In this document: piece after piece, positions 11,101-22,122 of the stretch
Position numbering within the stretch: the stretch's first letter is position 1
Layout: every line of letters starts with the position of its first letter
Assembly: GCA_027923505.1 (NCBI GenBank)
Contig: BROI01000026.1
Location: 310,001 to 374,000 of the forward strand
Reading direction: 5' to 3'
Length of the DNA stretch: 64,000 bases
Source: Mayamaea pseudoterrestris
Taxonomy: Eukaryota
Notes under the pieces: model-generated
Told to the model about the DNA's origin: nothing
What the model saw: only the letters and a program-made list of their open reading frames with translations
Database searches by the model: none
Translations under genes and position numbers: made by a program

Positions 11101-11162
11101 TTGCCACCAGACCTACGCCTCCTCAGTCACTGGGACTCCCATCTCGACGAAGCCGACCCTGA
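8124..11162 (+). CDS. Unkempt/TZF-like CCCH zinc-finger RNA-binding protein with long Q-rich N-terminus
   Basis: KFRTSWCTKRYEHDHELCGFAH, CPHGNTCQYAHSMEEMMYHPRRYKSKVC and CPLGEVCSNFH; 1012-aa intact ORF; true start uncertain. Confidence 0.75.
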   Translation: MSSVRSASSWDHYLASDALQSSHRQYLLYQESLHRREDKRDVEGEVQFVADAADSMEARLESTEEERHERRWGDTFGSQIPSQVIESLGTTSNSERVELSLLDDYRFYNQRRQTTLLESDRPISFLGDPERNTFIQNDSNSEEEPAQTIDTTCITSQSTLHLPSQEIEASQSAAEAAISSSMGVSSWKQQPTAWSWSNMAAVRSESRRAHCDEDKMEEATAQTATSISLQKEDDETIDSATVSSPQSMRPVPCPEHQQVPSLHVRVPSTTSTAASTVADDGSFHHQQQYQQQQHQRAPSWDSLSLEQLHQSFPSSSQQSSSSFQPWQQQHQAPQPDRHFFRSETMITDNRWDQRQHNMYQQQQQQHIYQPQQRIGSGGGPPQHPLLVGQRGASTHPSAVDTTKMQRGSQQFQPSMAFPVLSMQQRHSPANGADRSYSALAQQQQHLPPSAPPRQPSTNAQQQHSLVHSHARPPHRMPQQQQQPGSPMHQSSSAPLTSGGARSASEVLKTLLRKKACLYEPDTSRAVALVTWLVGRELALEFGFFSRQQLQAGVHACVAQKIDSNMITRTKVNRCMQIILNSCFHYIIPRPDGTEENGSSFSKTFARESSDNDAVLLNVLPDAWRNIHVDREEVLQAIADLDDGASQTPSVATMPTRPQQGMVTPQQSPRVCSQTPDKSPGGLSLDGDGSDQHKRAVLLCFNENVRTAEDVFRCHNEFIRDTAHASHLQLTAQEWRHFFGNDAANSPYLWGNVGVPVPYTEFHGSSRMDAPGRMAPEEVCKFRTSWCTKRYEHDHELCGFAHVEVNGGWLRRNPRMNAYKDEMCQAISMAVDQRAKDQCYVIHECPHGNTCQYAHSMEEMMYHPRRYKSKVCTYSGRAGGCPLGEVCSNFHPTETYRFPKKVDGRSARHGKHSHHPPTSSAGGTKAQGVVPAPSPILYCEPAPISSFEDHLGLPGLKNLFRRQCFVVRTHLRKNGACTCCYTHFGNETPVFESVATRPTPPQSLGLPSRRSRP

Positions 11163-11444
11163 ACATAATTACTGTCGCGTATTGATTGAGATTTAACTTA
11201 TAAAAAGTGGAAAAGGGCGAGATGCTATGTTGCTGAGTGCCACATTTAGAGCCAAGTCCGTAGCACTATTCTGATGGATTGTCGCATTAATGATTCATGA
11301 TCTGACAAACGAATGACTGCTATCTTTACCCTGCTATATATACACATTAGTAAATTTATAATTTTAGTAAAAAATGCATACTCTTTCTATAGTACTGTAC
11401 GTCTAAGTTTCGCCGTGCGTGTGATGCTTAGTTTTCTCGAATGG

Positions 11445-12713
11445 CTACAACTTCGGCCGCCAAGACTCTGGGAAATCGTAAAAACTCATATCGTTGTACA
11501 CTCCTCGTCGAAACCTTTGATAGTTAGTTTCTTTGGCAGCTTCTGCCTCGAGAGCAGCCTCCAGAGCTAGGTCTTGAAGAGTTTTGACAGGCCGGCTGAT
11601 GATTGTAAGCATCATCAATTTATCACCCAATGAGTATTTGACAACTTGACTACTGTAAGCTCTCTTCGCTATACGTACGTTGGATCTTGCATCTATTATC
11701 ACTTACCTAATCGGTTTTTGATCTGGCTGCCATAGTGATTTTGTGACGCGATGCACAAACGCAGTGGAAGCTCCGCCTGTCAACCAGCACCAACCTTCGA
11801 TGCGTTCCACAAGCTCGAGTTCGAACGACCCATCACCGGCTATGCGACTATCATTCTCCACACCATTCACATGCCCAGTGAGTGGTAGCATGAACTCGGT
11901 TGTAATGACAATGGTTCCTGGTTTGCACTGACGGCCAATGTTCTCAGCCAGCGCAGGAAGCGGCCCATTTCCCATGCACGCGGCAAAGCAAAAGACAATG
12001 TCAACGTCGCCTAGATAAATGTATGGGTCATCAAAGGAGCCGCATATTAAGGTGACGGGTGCCATGGGTAGATTAGATTGTTGGTTATCGTTGCTTGACG
12101 AAAGGCCGCGTTTAGGTAACGACGTATTGCCATTCTCCTCAATGATTGTGCAGGCCTGCAGTTTTTCTTGCGCCGCTTCATGAATAGTGGGCAGCAGCTC
12201 CACACCTCGACACTCGCCAAGATCTGGATGCAAAGCAGCGGCGGCCAAGACCAATCGTCCCGTTCCACTGCCAACGTCACAAAAGACTTCCGGTAGCTTG
12301 TTGGCATGTTGGTTAAAAGTTTTCAGCAAAGCTCTAGCCTTGTCGAGTAGCTGGGCGAAAAAGTAAAAGTCAAACTCTCCATACGTTAATTGCAAGGGAG
12401 GATCCTCTCCTTTTTGAATGAATGGCCAGTAGCCATCGGTTCGGCTGAGTGCGTTGCGTCGCTCAAGGTCCGTTGGTGGGTAAAGATTATGAATGCCGGC
12501 GAGGACATCATTGTAGTAAACGCCAGCATGAGACTTTGCGTGTGGATCCAAATTAGGATTCTCTTCTGGTATAAGAGGAGGTGGAGGTGAAAAACTGGAA
12601 AGTAAAAGGTTTGTTGGCGTTCTTGTTGTAAAGCTGGGATGAGTGATGGACGTCAGTCGGAATGCATGATGTACGTCAGTGATCAATGCCGTCAAGGTGA
12701 TTGTAAGGAGCAT
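11445..12713 (-). CDS. Class I SAM-dependent methyltransferase (DOT1-like motifs), probably plastid-targeted; intron 11596-11706
   Basis: LTYGEFDF, FCDVGSGTGRL and GVEL motifs. A minus-strand GT-AG intron joins the 11703..12878 and 11445..11702 frames. Start MLLTITLTALITDVHHAFRL looks like signal + AF; alternative ATG at 12767. Confidence 0.7.
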
Positions 12714-13020
12714 CGTAAAGGTCGTTGAGATTGAGAAGACCGTAGGAGTCCTGGGTCGCATTCGCATATTGCTAAAGCTATTGTGTGCACTTAGTGCTCT
12801 GTATTCGTCGACAACACCCCTTCGATGATGCCATGGCAAATTAATGCGACTGATTTGAAAGATGGTGTGATCATCCACATTATCGAGTACCGATGCGACG
12901 TTGCTCCCGACGCAAAGACGGCCGCGACCACGAGAAACGCACCATGGGAATTGTTCTTGCTCATCTCACACATCGTTGCAACTCATAACAAGAAGAACTA
13001 CCGGTAGGAAGCAACTTAGC

Positions 13021-13530
13021 ATGTTTCGCGCCATAACTCGCCTATATCATCCACGAGCAAGTGGAACTTATCGTCCATTCAGCTCCATGCTTGATCAATT
13101 TCGAGATCTTGTTCCTCGAGCGCAGCGCATGTCCGATCCAGTTGGTCGATCATGGTCCGTCGCGGAACTACGTCGAAAGTCCTTTCAAGATTTACACAAA
13201 CTGTGGTACGTCTTTGTCTGGCAGCTGCTCTGATATTCTTCATGCATGTCGTCGTGTCTCATCAATCCTTCACTATGCATCCGAACGAACACATAATTCA
13301 GGTTTGTATTGTATAAAGAACGCAATATGTTACTCACCGAGAAGCAGCTCAGTCGACGCAAAGGTGCCATATTTCCTCAGCCAGAACGATTTAAAAAGGT
13401 TCAAAAGAGTATGGGAGCGATTCGTCATGTGCTGGGTGAACGAAAGCGAGACAAGCTATCCTCGCTCGCTTTGGGTGGTATGGATCGCGATGCAGACGAC
13501 ACGGATAATGAGAAGGATATAGCTGTATAA
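13021..13530 (+). CDS. MRPL47: Mitochondrial ribosomal protein L47 (uL29m); exons 13021-13205 and 13302-13530
   Basis: Spliced [33 protein letters not shown]...RFKKVQKSMGAIRHVLGER is the MRP-L47 signature; Arg-rich mitochondrial presequence. Confidence 0.92.
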
Positions 13531-13578
13531 ATGTTAAGCTATATTAATACTATGAAATGACATGTGTTTTGGTCCGCG

Positions 13579-14727
13579 CTACTCTTTATAACCCAGTAAA
13601 TGCTCCGTCGCAAAATCAACATGCTCCTCCACATACTTGCGAAAGTCTGGATCAATGACACGTTTATACAAACGCTCCGGCTGAGGAGGACTTGGTCGAC
13701 AATGAGCTGGCAAGGCATTCAAACCAAGTATTCGAGCAATCTCCTCCAAAACAAAGCTTGTTCCATTACGAAGCAAGTCCTCGTAGCGCACAGCCACGTA
13801 GCCACCAAGCCGGACTAGCAAAGGAAGCTCCAATGCAAAGTTAACAATCTTGTCACGCCTCAAATCAAGAATGTTGCGAAACGGCAAACCAGACTGGTCG
13901 CGACGTAACTCGTAGATTGGCTCGTAGCCGCGAAACCGATGGACTGGAATCTGATGCATTGACAAATTGTCCGTTGTCAAATTGAAGCGACAAGGCATAA
14001 CTTCATGAAAGGCAAAGTCTTGTGCACAAATGTCGCCGCTTAACGTTTCATCGCTTCGTCCATGTTGTATCAGCTTCTTGTCAAAGGAGCTTCGTTGCGT
14101 CGTCCATTCAGTTTCCACAAAGCTGCGCCAAGGCATGGGAACCACGCGGCGTTCTGGCGTCTCGTCGAACCCAAGCGAGTGACGAGGACTATGATAAGGC
14201 GCTTCCCGCATCGCAGCGACCCAGTCAACTGGATTCCGATACAAGGTGACGATAATGGAGTTGGTCTTGTCTTTGCCGAGCCGAATGGGCTGGAAAAAAT
14301 GTTTGCTTCGTATAAAGTCTCTTCTGACTTTGAAATGGTAGCGATGCCGAGGAAAGCACTTTTGCAGCTCATCCTGAAGCCATTTGGTGCCGCTGTTGCG
14401 TTCCCCGACAATGTGAACCGTGTAATTCTGTTTCTTGTCAATGGGAACGAATGGACCAGTCAAACATTTTTGAAGATCTTGCCATGTCTCCACTGCATCA
14501 CAAGCACTTGATAACGTTCGTACATGCTTACTTGGATAACAACGTCGGATGTCATTGACTGTGCGTAGGACTTGACAAGAAGTGGAAGTGAAATTGAGAG
14601 TTGGAAACAAGACGTTTGGTTCCCGTCGTGGAATGTCAACCTTTTGAAAGAGAACCAAGTTACAGAGAGTCATGACAGCGCCAGAAATGAAGAGCAGTTT
14701 TACCATTAAACTGCTTGGAATTCCCAT
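13579..14727 (-). CDS. Sulfotransferase-like type II membrane protein
   Basis: N-terminal TM helix; IVGERNSGTKWL (5'-PSB-like), YRNPVDW (3'-PB-like) and VRYEDL motifs. Confidence 0.6.
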   Translation of the reverse strand: MGIPSSLMVKLLFISGAVMTLCNLVLFQKVDIPRREPNVLFPTLNFTSTSCQVLRTVNDIRRCYPSKHVRTLSSACDAVETWQDLQKCLTGPFVPIDKKQNYTVHIVGERNSGTKWLQDELQKCFPRHRYHFKVRRDFIRSKHFFQPIRLGKDKTNSIIVTLYRNPVDWVAAMREAPYHSPRHSLGFDETPERRVVPMPWRSFVETEWTTQRSSFDKKLIQHGRSDETLSGDICAQDFAFHEVMPCRFNLTTDNLSMHQIPVHRFRGYEPIYELRRDQSGLPFRNILDLRRDKIVNFALELPLLVRLGGYVAVRYEDLLRNGTSFVLEEIARILGLNALPAHCRPSPPQPERLYKRVIDPDFRKYVEEHVDFATEHLLGYKE

Positions 14728-14997
14728 ACTAATACTGGTCTCGTTGGAACAAGACAGCCGGTGATATCGTTATATTCCTTGTCGTCTTTCCATCATTTTG
14801 TTGGACCTTTGTACTGTAACCGTCATGATGGTGATGGAGCATCAATCATTTCCGTGCATCGTAGCGGTTTTCAGTGGTCCACAGTACCTGTGCGACAGCA
14901 CCTCACAGCCGCTGCTTGATCGCGCGTTTCACCATGGCCTCATCACTTGTGCCTGTCAGAGCCGCAGCTATTTCGTTCTTTTAAGTCGATCGCTACC

Positions 14998-17900
14998 ATG
15001 GAAGTCGAATATATGCAAGACGATGATGTCATGGATGTGGAGGATGGCAATATTGATGACATGCCAGTCACGCAAGAAGATGCGTGGGCAGTCATTAGGT
15101 AAGATTTATCTCGAAGATTTCGATCTAATAATGGCATATGGCACCGCTTCTGCACCCGCAGCATTTTTGATGCCTGCCGAGAAGGATAATGGGGAGAAGA
15201 ATATTTTAGTATGCAAAAAGATTCGGATTGTCTGACTATTTGTTCCTATTGCTTTATCAAATACATAACAGCGCATACTTTGAGGAAAAGGGTCTCGTCA
15301 GACAGCAGCTTGACTCGTTCGACGAATTCATTCAAAACACCATGCAGGAGCTCGTTGACGACTCGGGCGATATTCGCGTCAGTCCCGAAGTCCAGCACAT
15401 GATTGGCTACGACGATGAAGCCTACGACAAGGATGCGGAGCAAGACACCAAGGTGGTTTTTGAGGTACACTTTGGTCAAGTATATCTCTCCAAACCAACT
15501 ACCGTCGAAAAGGATGGAACGGTGACCAACATGTTTCCACATGAAGCAAGACTTCGCAATTTGACATACTCGGCGCCACTATACGTGGATGTTCAGCTCA
15601 ATCAGTATCGCGTGCCGAAGGAACTAAATGTTTACGATCCAACCGAGGAGCTTGGTGAACCGATTGCGACGGAACACGCCAAAAAAGAGTTTCTTGGATA
15701 CGTACCAATCATGCTGCGATCGCTCTTTTGCGTACTATCCGACAAGGATGATGCTGATCTGTCGGATCTTGGTGAATGTATTTACGATCAAGGTGGATAC
15801 TTTGTCATTAACGGATCGGAAAAGGTCATTATTGCGCAGGAACGACTCAGCAATAATCATGTGTATGCCTTTCAAAAGAAGCAGCCTTCCAAGTTTAGTT
15901 GGGTTATTGAAACTCGCAGTCAAGTTGAAAACTCTACGCGGCCTGTCAGTACGCTGTACATGCAAATGTATCACAAGGGTGGGCGAGGAGCTATCGAGGG
16001 CAATCAGATTCGGTCAACTTTGCCATACATTCGAACAGATGTTCCTGTGGTAATTGTTTTTAGGGCACTTGGATTTGTGGCGGATCGCGACATTATAGAG
16101 CATGTCGTTTATGACTTGACGGATGGAGAAATGATGGATATGTTTCGACCGTCGCTCGAGGAAGCATTTGTCATTCAGCGCCAAGATGTTGCGCTGGATT
16201 TTATTGGGCGACGTGGAAGCGCCCGCGACGTGACCAAGGAAGATCGCATGCGTTATGCGCAGGCCATTTTGCAGAAGGAAGTTTTGCCGCACGTCGGAAC
16301 GGAAGACCATTGCGAGACGAAGAAGGGATTTTTTATTGGATACGCAGTGCACAAGTTATTGATGTGTCGCCTCGGTCGAGCCGAGGAGGACGATCGGGAT
16401 CATTTTGGAAAGAAGCGATTAGATCTCGCGGGTCCCCTACTTGGTGGACTATTTCGTGTCTTGTTCCGCCAGTTGACAAAAGACGTTCGCAGACACTTGC
16501 AGCGATGCCTCGACGAAGGGAAGCATTTCAATATTGGAACGGCTATTAAAAGTAACCACATCACAGACGGTTTAAAGTACAGTCTTGCAACCGGAAATTG
16601 GGGGGCGCGTGGGGGTGCAGGGTCCAAGGCTGGAGTTTCGCAAGTGCTCAATCGTTTGACGTATGCTTCGTCGCTGTCACATTTGCGCCGCTGTAACACG
16701 CCTCTGGCTCGGACGGGCAAGCAAGCGAAGCCTCGACAGCTTCATTCGACTCATTTTGGAATGGTTTGTCCAGCGGGTACGTGTTCTGCTTTGCTGCTGA
16801 TGTTCGGCGCCAAATATTGTTTCGTTTATTAACGCTTTGATCGTCGTTTCGCAGAAACGCCGGAAGGACAAGCAGTTGGCTTGGTCAAAAACTTGGCACT
16901 GATGGCTTACATAACCACAGGTACAGCTCAAGTTCCTGTCCTGGAGTTTTTGGAGGAATTTAGCACCGAAAACTTGACTGACATCTTGCCGTCAGTAATT
17001 GCCGAGCCAAACACTTGCAAGATTTTCGTCAACGGTAATTGGGTCGGCATTCATCGTGATCCCAAGGCGCTTGTTGATACTTTCCGATCGCTTCGCCGGA
17101 TGGTTGATATTGACGCCGAAGTCTCGATCGTACGAGACATTGCTGCGAAGGAAGTGAGAATCTACACGGACGCTGGGCGTATCTGTCGCCCACTCCTTGT
17201 CGTTACCGATCAGCAACTCGTCCTCAAGAAGAGTCATATAATGGGACTACAGGGACTTAATCCGTCCGAGAAAAAACTTACGTGGACTGATTTGCTCATG
17301 GAGGGTACAGTTGAATTTGTCGACACGGAAGAGGAAGAAACGACAATGATTGCCATGCAGCCCGAGGACCTTTCATCAGATGATACGTACTCCTCTTCGT
17401 ATACACATTGCGAGATTCACCCATCCATGATCCTCGGAGTTTGTGCGTCGATCATTCCGTTTCCTGATCACAACCAGTCGCCTCGTAACACGTATCAGAG
17501 TGCAATGGGCAAGCAGGCGATGGGGATTTACGCCTCCAACTATCAAGTGCGAATGGACACCATGGCGCATGTACTGCACTACCCTCAAAAGCCGCTGTGC
17601 ACAACGCGCTCTATGGAGTTCCTCCATTTCCGAGAGCTACCAAGTGGTGTGAATTGTGTGGTTGCTATTATGATCTATACAGGTTACAATCAGGAAGATT
17701 CCCTCATTCTGAACCAATCTGCCGTTGATCGAGGACTCTTCCGGTCGTCATACTACAGGTGCTATGTTGACCAGGAACGCGCAAGTGCGGGTGGGACCAT
17801 CGGATCCTTGTCTTCGGAGGTGTTCGAGAAGCCAACGATGGACGCCACGCGAGGAATGAAGCACGGCGAGTACGGCAAGCTTGACGAAGACGGTTTGGTT

Positions 17901-18857
17901 GCTCCTGGCACTCGAGTTTCGGGAGATGACGTGCTTATTGGAAAGACTGTTCCGCTTGAAGGAACTGCTGGAATGCCTTCGCGGTTTACAAAGCGAGATT
18001 GCAGCACGAGCATGAAACCGAACGAGAATGGAATTGTCGACAATGTGTTAATCAGCACGACGAAAGAAGGATACCGCTTTACGAAGGTGCGCATTCGCAA
18101 CGTTCGAGTGCCTCAAGTCGGGGACAAGTTTGCTTCGCGCCACGGACAGAAGGGTACAATTGGAATGACCTATCGACAGGAAGACATGCCTTTCACTGTT
18201 GAAGGCATCGTTCCTGATATTATTGTCAATCCGCACGCGATTCCATCTCGAATGACAATCGCACAGCTCATCGAGTGCCTTCTTGGAAAGGTCGTCGTCT
18301 TCCAGGGCTGTGAAGGCGACGCGACGCCATTTACAGATGTAACTGTCGACGACATCAGCACCCGCCTTCATGCCATGGGCTACCAGAAGCATGGAAACGA
18401 AGCTCTCTATCAGGGGCATACCGGTCGTCCGCTGTGTGCTCGCGTCTTCATAGGTCCAACCTTCTATCAGCGCCTTAAGCATTTAGTTGACGACAAGGTA
18501 CACTCTCGTGCTCGCGGTCCGGTAGCTATGCTGACTCGACAGCCTTTGGAAGGTCGCAGCCGAGATGGAGGCCTGCGCATGGGAGAAATGGAGCGTGACT
18601 GCTTGATTACTCATGGCTGCGCGGCCTTTATGCGCGACCGCTTCTTTGTCAATTCCGACCAGTATCGTATACATATCTGCGAGCGCTGTGGCCTTACAGC
18701 GCAGTCGAACCTCAAGAAGATGACTTATGAATGTCGCAGCCCAATGTGTGTCGGGCAGCCGTCGCAGATTTGCCAGGTCGAGATACCTTACGCCGCGAAA
18801 CTGTTGCTGCAGGAGCTTGCTTGCATGTGCATCCAGACTCGCATATACGTCAAATAG
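14998..18857 (+). CDS. RPB2: RNA polymerase II second-largest subunit; exons 14998-15098, 15272-16776 and 16855-18857
   Basis: [31 protein letters not shown], spliced [28 protein letters not shown] and [21 protein letters not shown]; two GT-AG introns restore the frame. Confidence 0.98.
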
Positions 18858-19315
18858 TGGACGAATAATACTCGCATTGTGTGGTGCATTTAGTGATAGG
18901 TTAAGGTTTCATAGGACTTATAGCTTTTGTCGGATTTTCACTGCCAATCCACGAATCCAGCTACCGGTACCAATAGGCAGTTGTCAGGTTTGCGTTGTTG
19001 TACCGGTGGGTTCTTCGATCGGTTATGATCAATGCAAAGTGCTCTATAAACTCAGTTCGACGAGGCTTGCCGCAGCGTACCGAAACTTGTTGTCCATTGC
19101 AGTGAAACCCGCAACATTCCACAGCATGACGTCACTGTGACACATATAGTACGCTAGCATTGGCCTTGATCCTTCGCACAGGATTCGACCATGACAAATA
19201 CGACGACGCACAAAGCTATACACAACCAGCTTCTCATCAAATTGCTACTTGTACTGCATCAACCGGTAGTTCCTCCTAGTAACGACTTCACTTAACGTAT
19301 CTCCTTGACTTCGCC

Positions 19316-20090
19316 ATGGCCGGATCAAAGCGAATGTCGGCGGACGAGAAGCGCAAGACAATCCTCGATATCTTTCACAAAACCAAGTCGGTGTACACAG
19401 AGAAGGAAATTATTACGCTCGCCACAAAATCCGGCGTCAACACAAACACGTAAGTAGAAATTTCCGACTCATGGAGATAATTGTCAAGTATGCGAATGCT
19501 GGGAGGTCTCATGTGGTCGATGTTTCATGAGCAACGCATAATACTCACTCAACAAACACTCAACAACATGACAATGCCTCCTTTACAGCGTCGCCGATCA
19601 GCTTCAGTCTCTCATTGATGATAGCTTCGTCGAAAAATCCAAGATTGGAGGGTCAAACTACTTTTGGTCGTTCCCTGCCAAGAAAGATGCAATGCTGCAG
19701 GTTGAACACTCGCAAAACCTTGAAGCCTTGGAGAAGGTCAAGGAAGCTGTTCTGGACGCAACGGCCAAGCTTGCCGACGCCAAGCGAGGACGCGAGGAAA
19801 GTGAAGATGGAGAGCGCGCCAAGAAGCTTGCCCGTTTGAAGGAAATTGCTGCTGAAAAGACGACATTGACGGCCGAACTTGACAAGCTCAAGGAGAATGA
19901 TCCGCAAGCCTTGGCCGACTTGCAACAGGAGCTCAAGCTTGTCACTGAAGCTGCGAATCGCTGGACGGACAATATCTTTAACGCACGTGACTACATGGTC
20001 AAGAAGCGCGGAATGGACCGTAAGGATGCGAACAAAATGCTCGGTATCACGGGCGACTTTGATTATCCGGAGGACAAGATTCCAAAGTAG
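19316..20090 (+). CDS. MND1: Meiotic nuclear division protein 1; exons 19316-19449 and 19589-20090
   Basis: MSADEKRKTILDIFHKTKSVYTEKEI, LQSLIDDSFVEKSKIGGSNYFWSFP, ENDP...AANRWTDNIF and GITGDFDY, all Mnd1 motifs. Confidence 0.92.
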
Positions 20091-20502
20091 ATGGCGGCAC
20101 AGTGGATGCCAAATGCTTGCAACTTAGAAATCAGTCTTTACGATTGGCATTACCGGTGTAAAATTGGCGCGTCAAATACTTGACCGGTCGAGCGGCAAAT
20201 GTGATGTAGTACCGGCGCAAATCAACCCGTGGGCGAGCACCTTTACCGTCAGGACTACCGACTAGAAACGTTTACATATAATGACAACTGCATTGCTTGG
20301 AAATCTTTGTACTTAATATTATAGGCAAATGATTAGCTTGCAGTGTGGTTAGCTATCATACCGTTATCGGCCAAGGTGGATGATGGTCCTCCTGCATGTG
20401 TGACGTGTCAGATTCGACGGAATTGACTGTGAATCATCAGCCATCCGTGTCGGCACATCCTTTTGTCACAATGGCCATCGACATCAAACGAACCTCGGCA
20501 CA

Positions 20503-22065
20503 ATGATACAGACTAATGATAACCCTTTAATGGATAGACCAAAGAGAAGCGTTGATAAAGGGGATCGTATTGGTGGATCTTATAAGCTTGCTCTTGCTCT
20601 CGTAGGGTCGGCGCTCCTAGTTTCGCCCGTTCAAGGCTTTTCGACACCTTCAGGATTGCGACAACGACAACGAGGGAGGAGACTAACAAAATGGCATGCT
20701 ACGGGAACCAGTGAATATTACAGCCGACAAGTTGCTTTGAAGAAGCGAGAAAAGGATGGGGAGAGATACTCTTCCGCAGCAACAGCAAGTTCCAAACGCG
20801 CAAAGAAACTTCCCCAAGAGTTCAGTCCATGGATGCAACAACTATTTGATCATGACTTGCTTACAAAGGAAGAAGAGCAGCGTCTTGGAATTGACATTCA
20901 GCGCGCTAAAACACTACGAGTCGCATTGGATGCGGCGGTTGCAAGGAAAAAGGAAGAGCAATTATTGCATGACCTGCGACTGGAACAAGCGAGATTGGAG
21001 CAGCTTGATGATGAATTAGAAGACGAGGACGAGGACGAACTGACTAGATTTTCCATTTACGGGGAGTCATCGTCGGAGTGGTTTGTCGACGAGATGCTAG
21101 CAGATACTGATGGTTGGTCGCCGGAGCACACTCGTGCACTCTCGGTTCAGCAAATATCATTAGACGAATTAGACTTGTTCACCGATGCAGAAATCATTTC
21201 ACAGCTCAATCTTACCGGAGGACGCAGTGAGTTGCAGCAAATTCTCCGCGATGGATTCGACGCTCGACAAACCATGCTTGCTGGCAACTTTCGTCTCGTC
21301 GTGAGCATCGCCAGAAGCTTTGCCACTCGCAACAAAGGTGTAGGAACGTGGGGTCGTCCGACCTTTGAGGAAGTCATACAGGAGGGGATATTGGGTCTTG
21401 CGACTGCCGTGGATCGATATCAACCCGGAATGGACTTCCGCTTTGCGACGTATGCGACGTGGTGGATCTCCAACTCGGTGCGCAACTGCTTCCAGCATCA
21501 TGCGGCGAATATTCGACTCCCTGCGACATACTATTCGACCAAGAGCAAGTATATGCAGGCTGTTAAGCGACACTTGGATATGGACGGCGAGCTGCCGGAG
21601 ATATATGTGCTGGCAAATGAAGTGGGGGTGTCCGTCGATCAGTTAGAACGTATTCTTCGAATGACACGACCCCTGGTTTCCATCGACGAGAGAGTCGGTT
21701 TTAGCCGAGACAATAACGCAAGAAATGATGAACTTTCGTGGGATCTCCTTGATGACTTTATCGATAAAGAGATAATGCTACCAGAAGACTGCGTTGACTT
21801 GAGCTTTTTGCGTCAAAATTTAGAGAATGCCATGGCCTCGGAGCTTGCACCGCACGAACGTGATGTCATACGACTGCGATTGGGGCTGGACGACGGTGTG
21901 AGACGGACAACTAGGCAGGTTGCGCAAATGTTTGCTCCTATGCTTTCTGTCGCTGATGTTCGGCAGGTGGAGCAGACGGCACTCAGGAAGTTGCGATCCA
22001 AGCATAGTTTATCAACATACAAGCTTGTGGGAGTTGACGAGAACGCGATAAGGATACGACGATAG
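20503..22065 (+). CDS. Nucleus-encoded plastid RNA polymerase sigma-70 factor
   Basis: Region 1.2 LLTKEEEQRLG; region 2 NFRLVVSIARSF and QEGILGLATAVDRY..FRFATYATWWI; region 4 ERDVIRLRLGL..VRQVEQTALRKLR. Hydrophobic signal ending VQG-FS; start may be downstream (e.g. 20530). Confidence 0.9.
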   Translation: MIQTNDNPLMDRPKRSVDKGDRIGGSYKLALALVGSALLVSPVQGFSTPSGLRQRQRGRRLTKWHATGTSEYYSRQVALKKREKDGERYSSAATASSKRAKKLPQEFSPWMQQLFDHDLLTKEEEQRLGIDIQRAKTLRVALDAAVARKKEEQLLHDLRLEQARLEQLDDELEDEDEDELTRFSIYGESSSEWFVDEMLADTDGWSPEHTRALSVQQISLDELDLFTDAEIISQLNLTGGRSELQQILRDGFDARQTMLAGNFRLVVSIARSFATRNKGVGTWGRPTFEEVIQEGILGLATAVDRYQPGMDFRFATYATWWISNSVRNCFQHHAANIRLPATYYSTKSKYMQAVKRHLDMDGELPEIYVLANEVGVSVDQLERILRMTRPLVSIDERVGFSRDNNARNDELSWDLLDDFIDKEIMLPEDCVDLSFLRQNLENAMASELAPHERDVIRLRLGLDDGVRRTTRQVAQMFAPMLSVADVRQVEQTALRKLRSKHSLSTYKLVGVDENAIRIRR

Positions 22066-22122
22066 CTAAAGCTTATAAGTAGCTTTTACAGTTTCACATT
22101 GCATTTTAAACCTTTAGGTGAT

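Noticed and set aside
20503..22065. Sigma-70 and PhoX as evidence of bacterial contamination
   Set aside because: They are embedded among intron-containing eukaryotic genes and carry eukaryotic targeting peptides.
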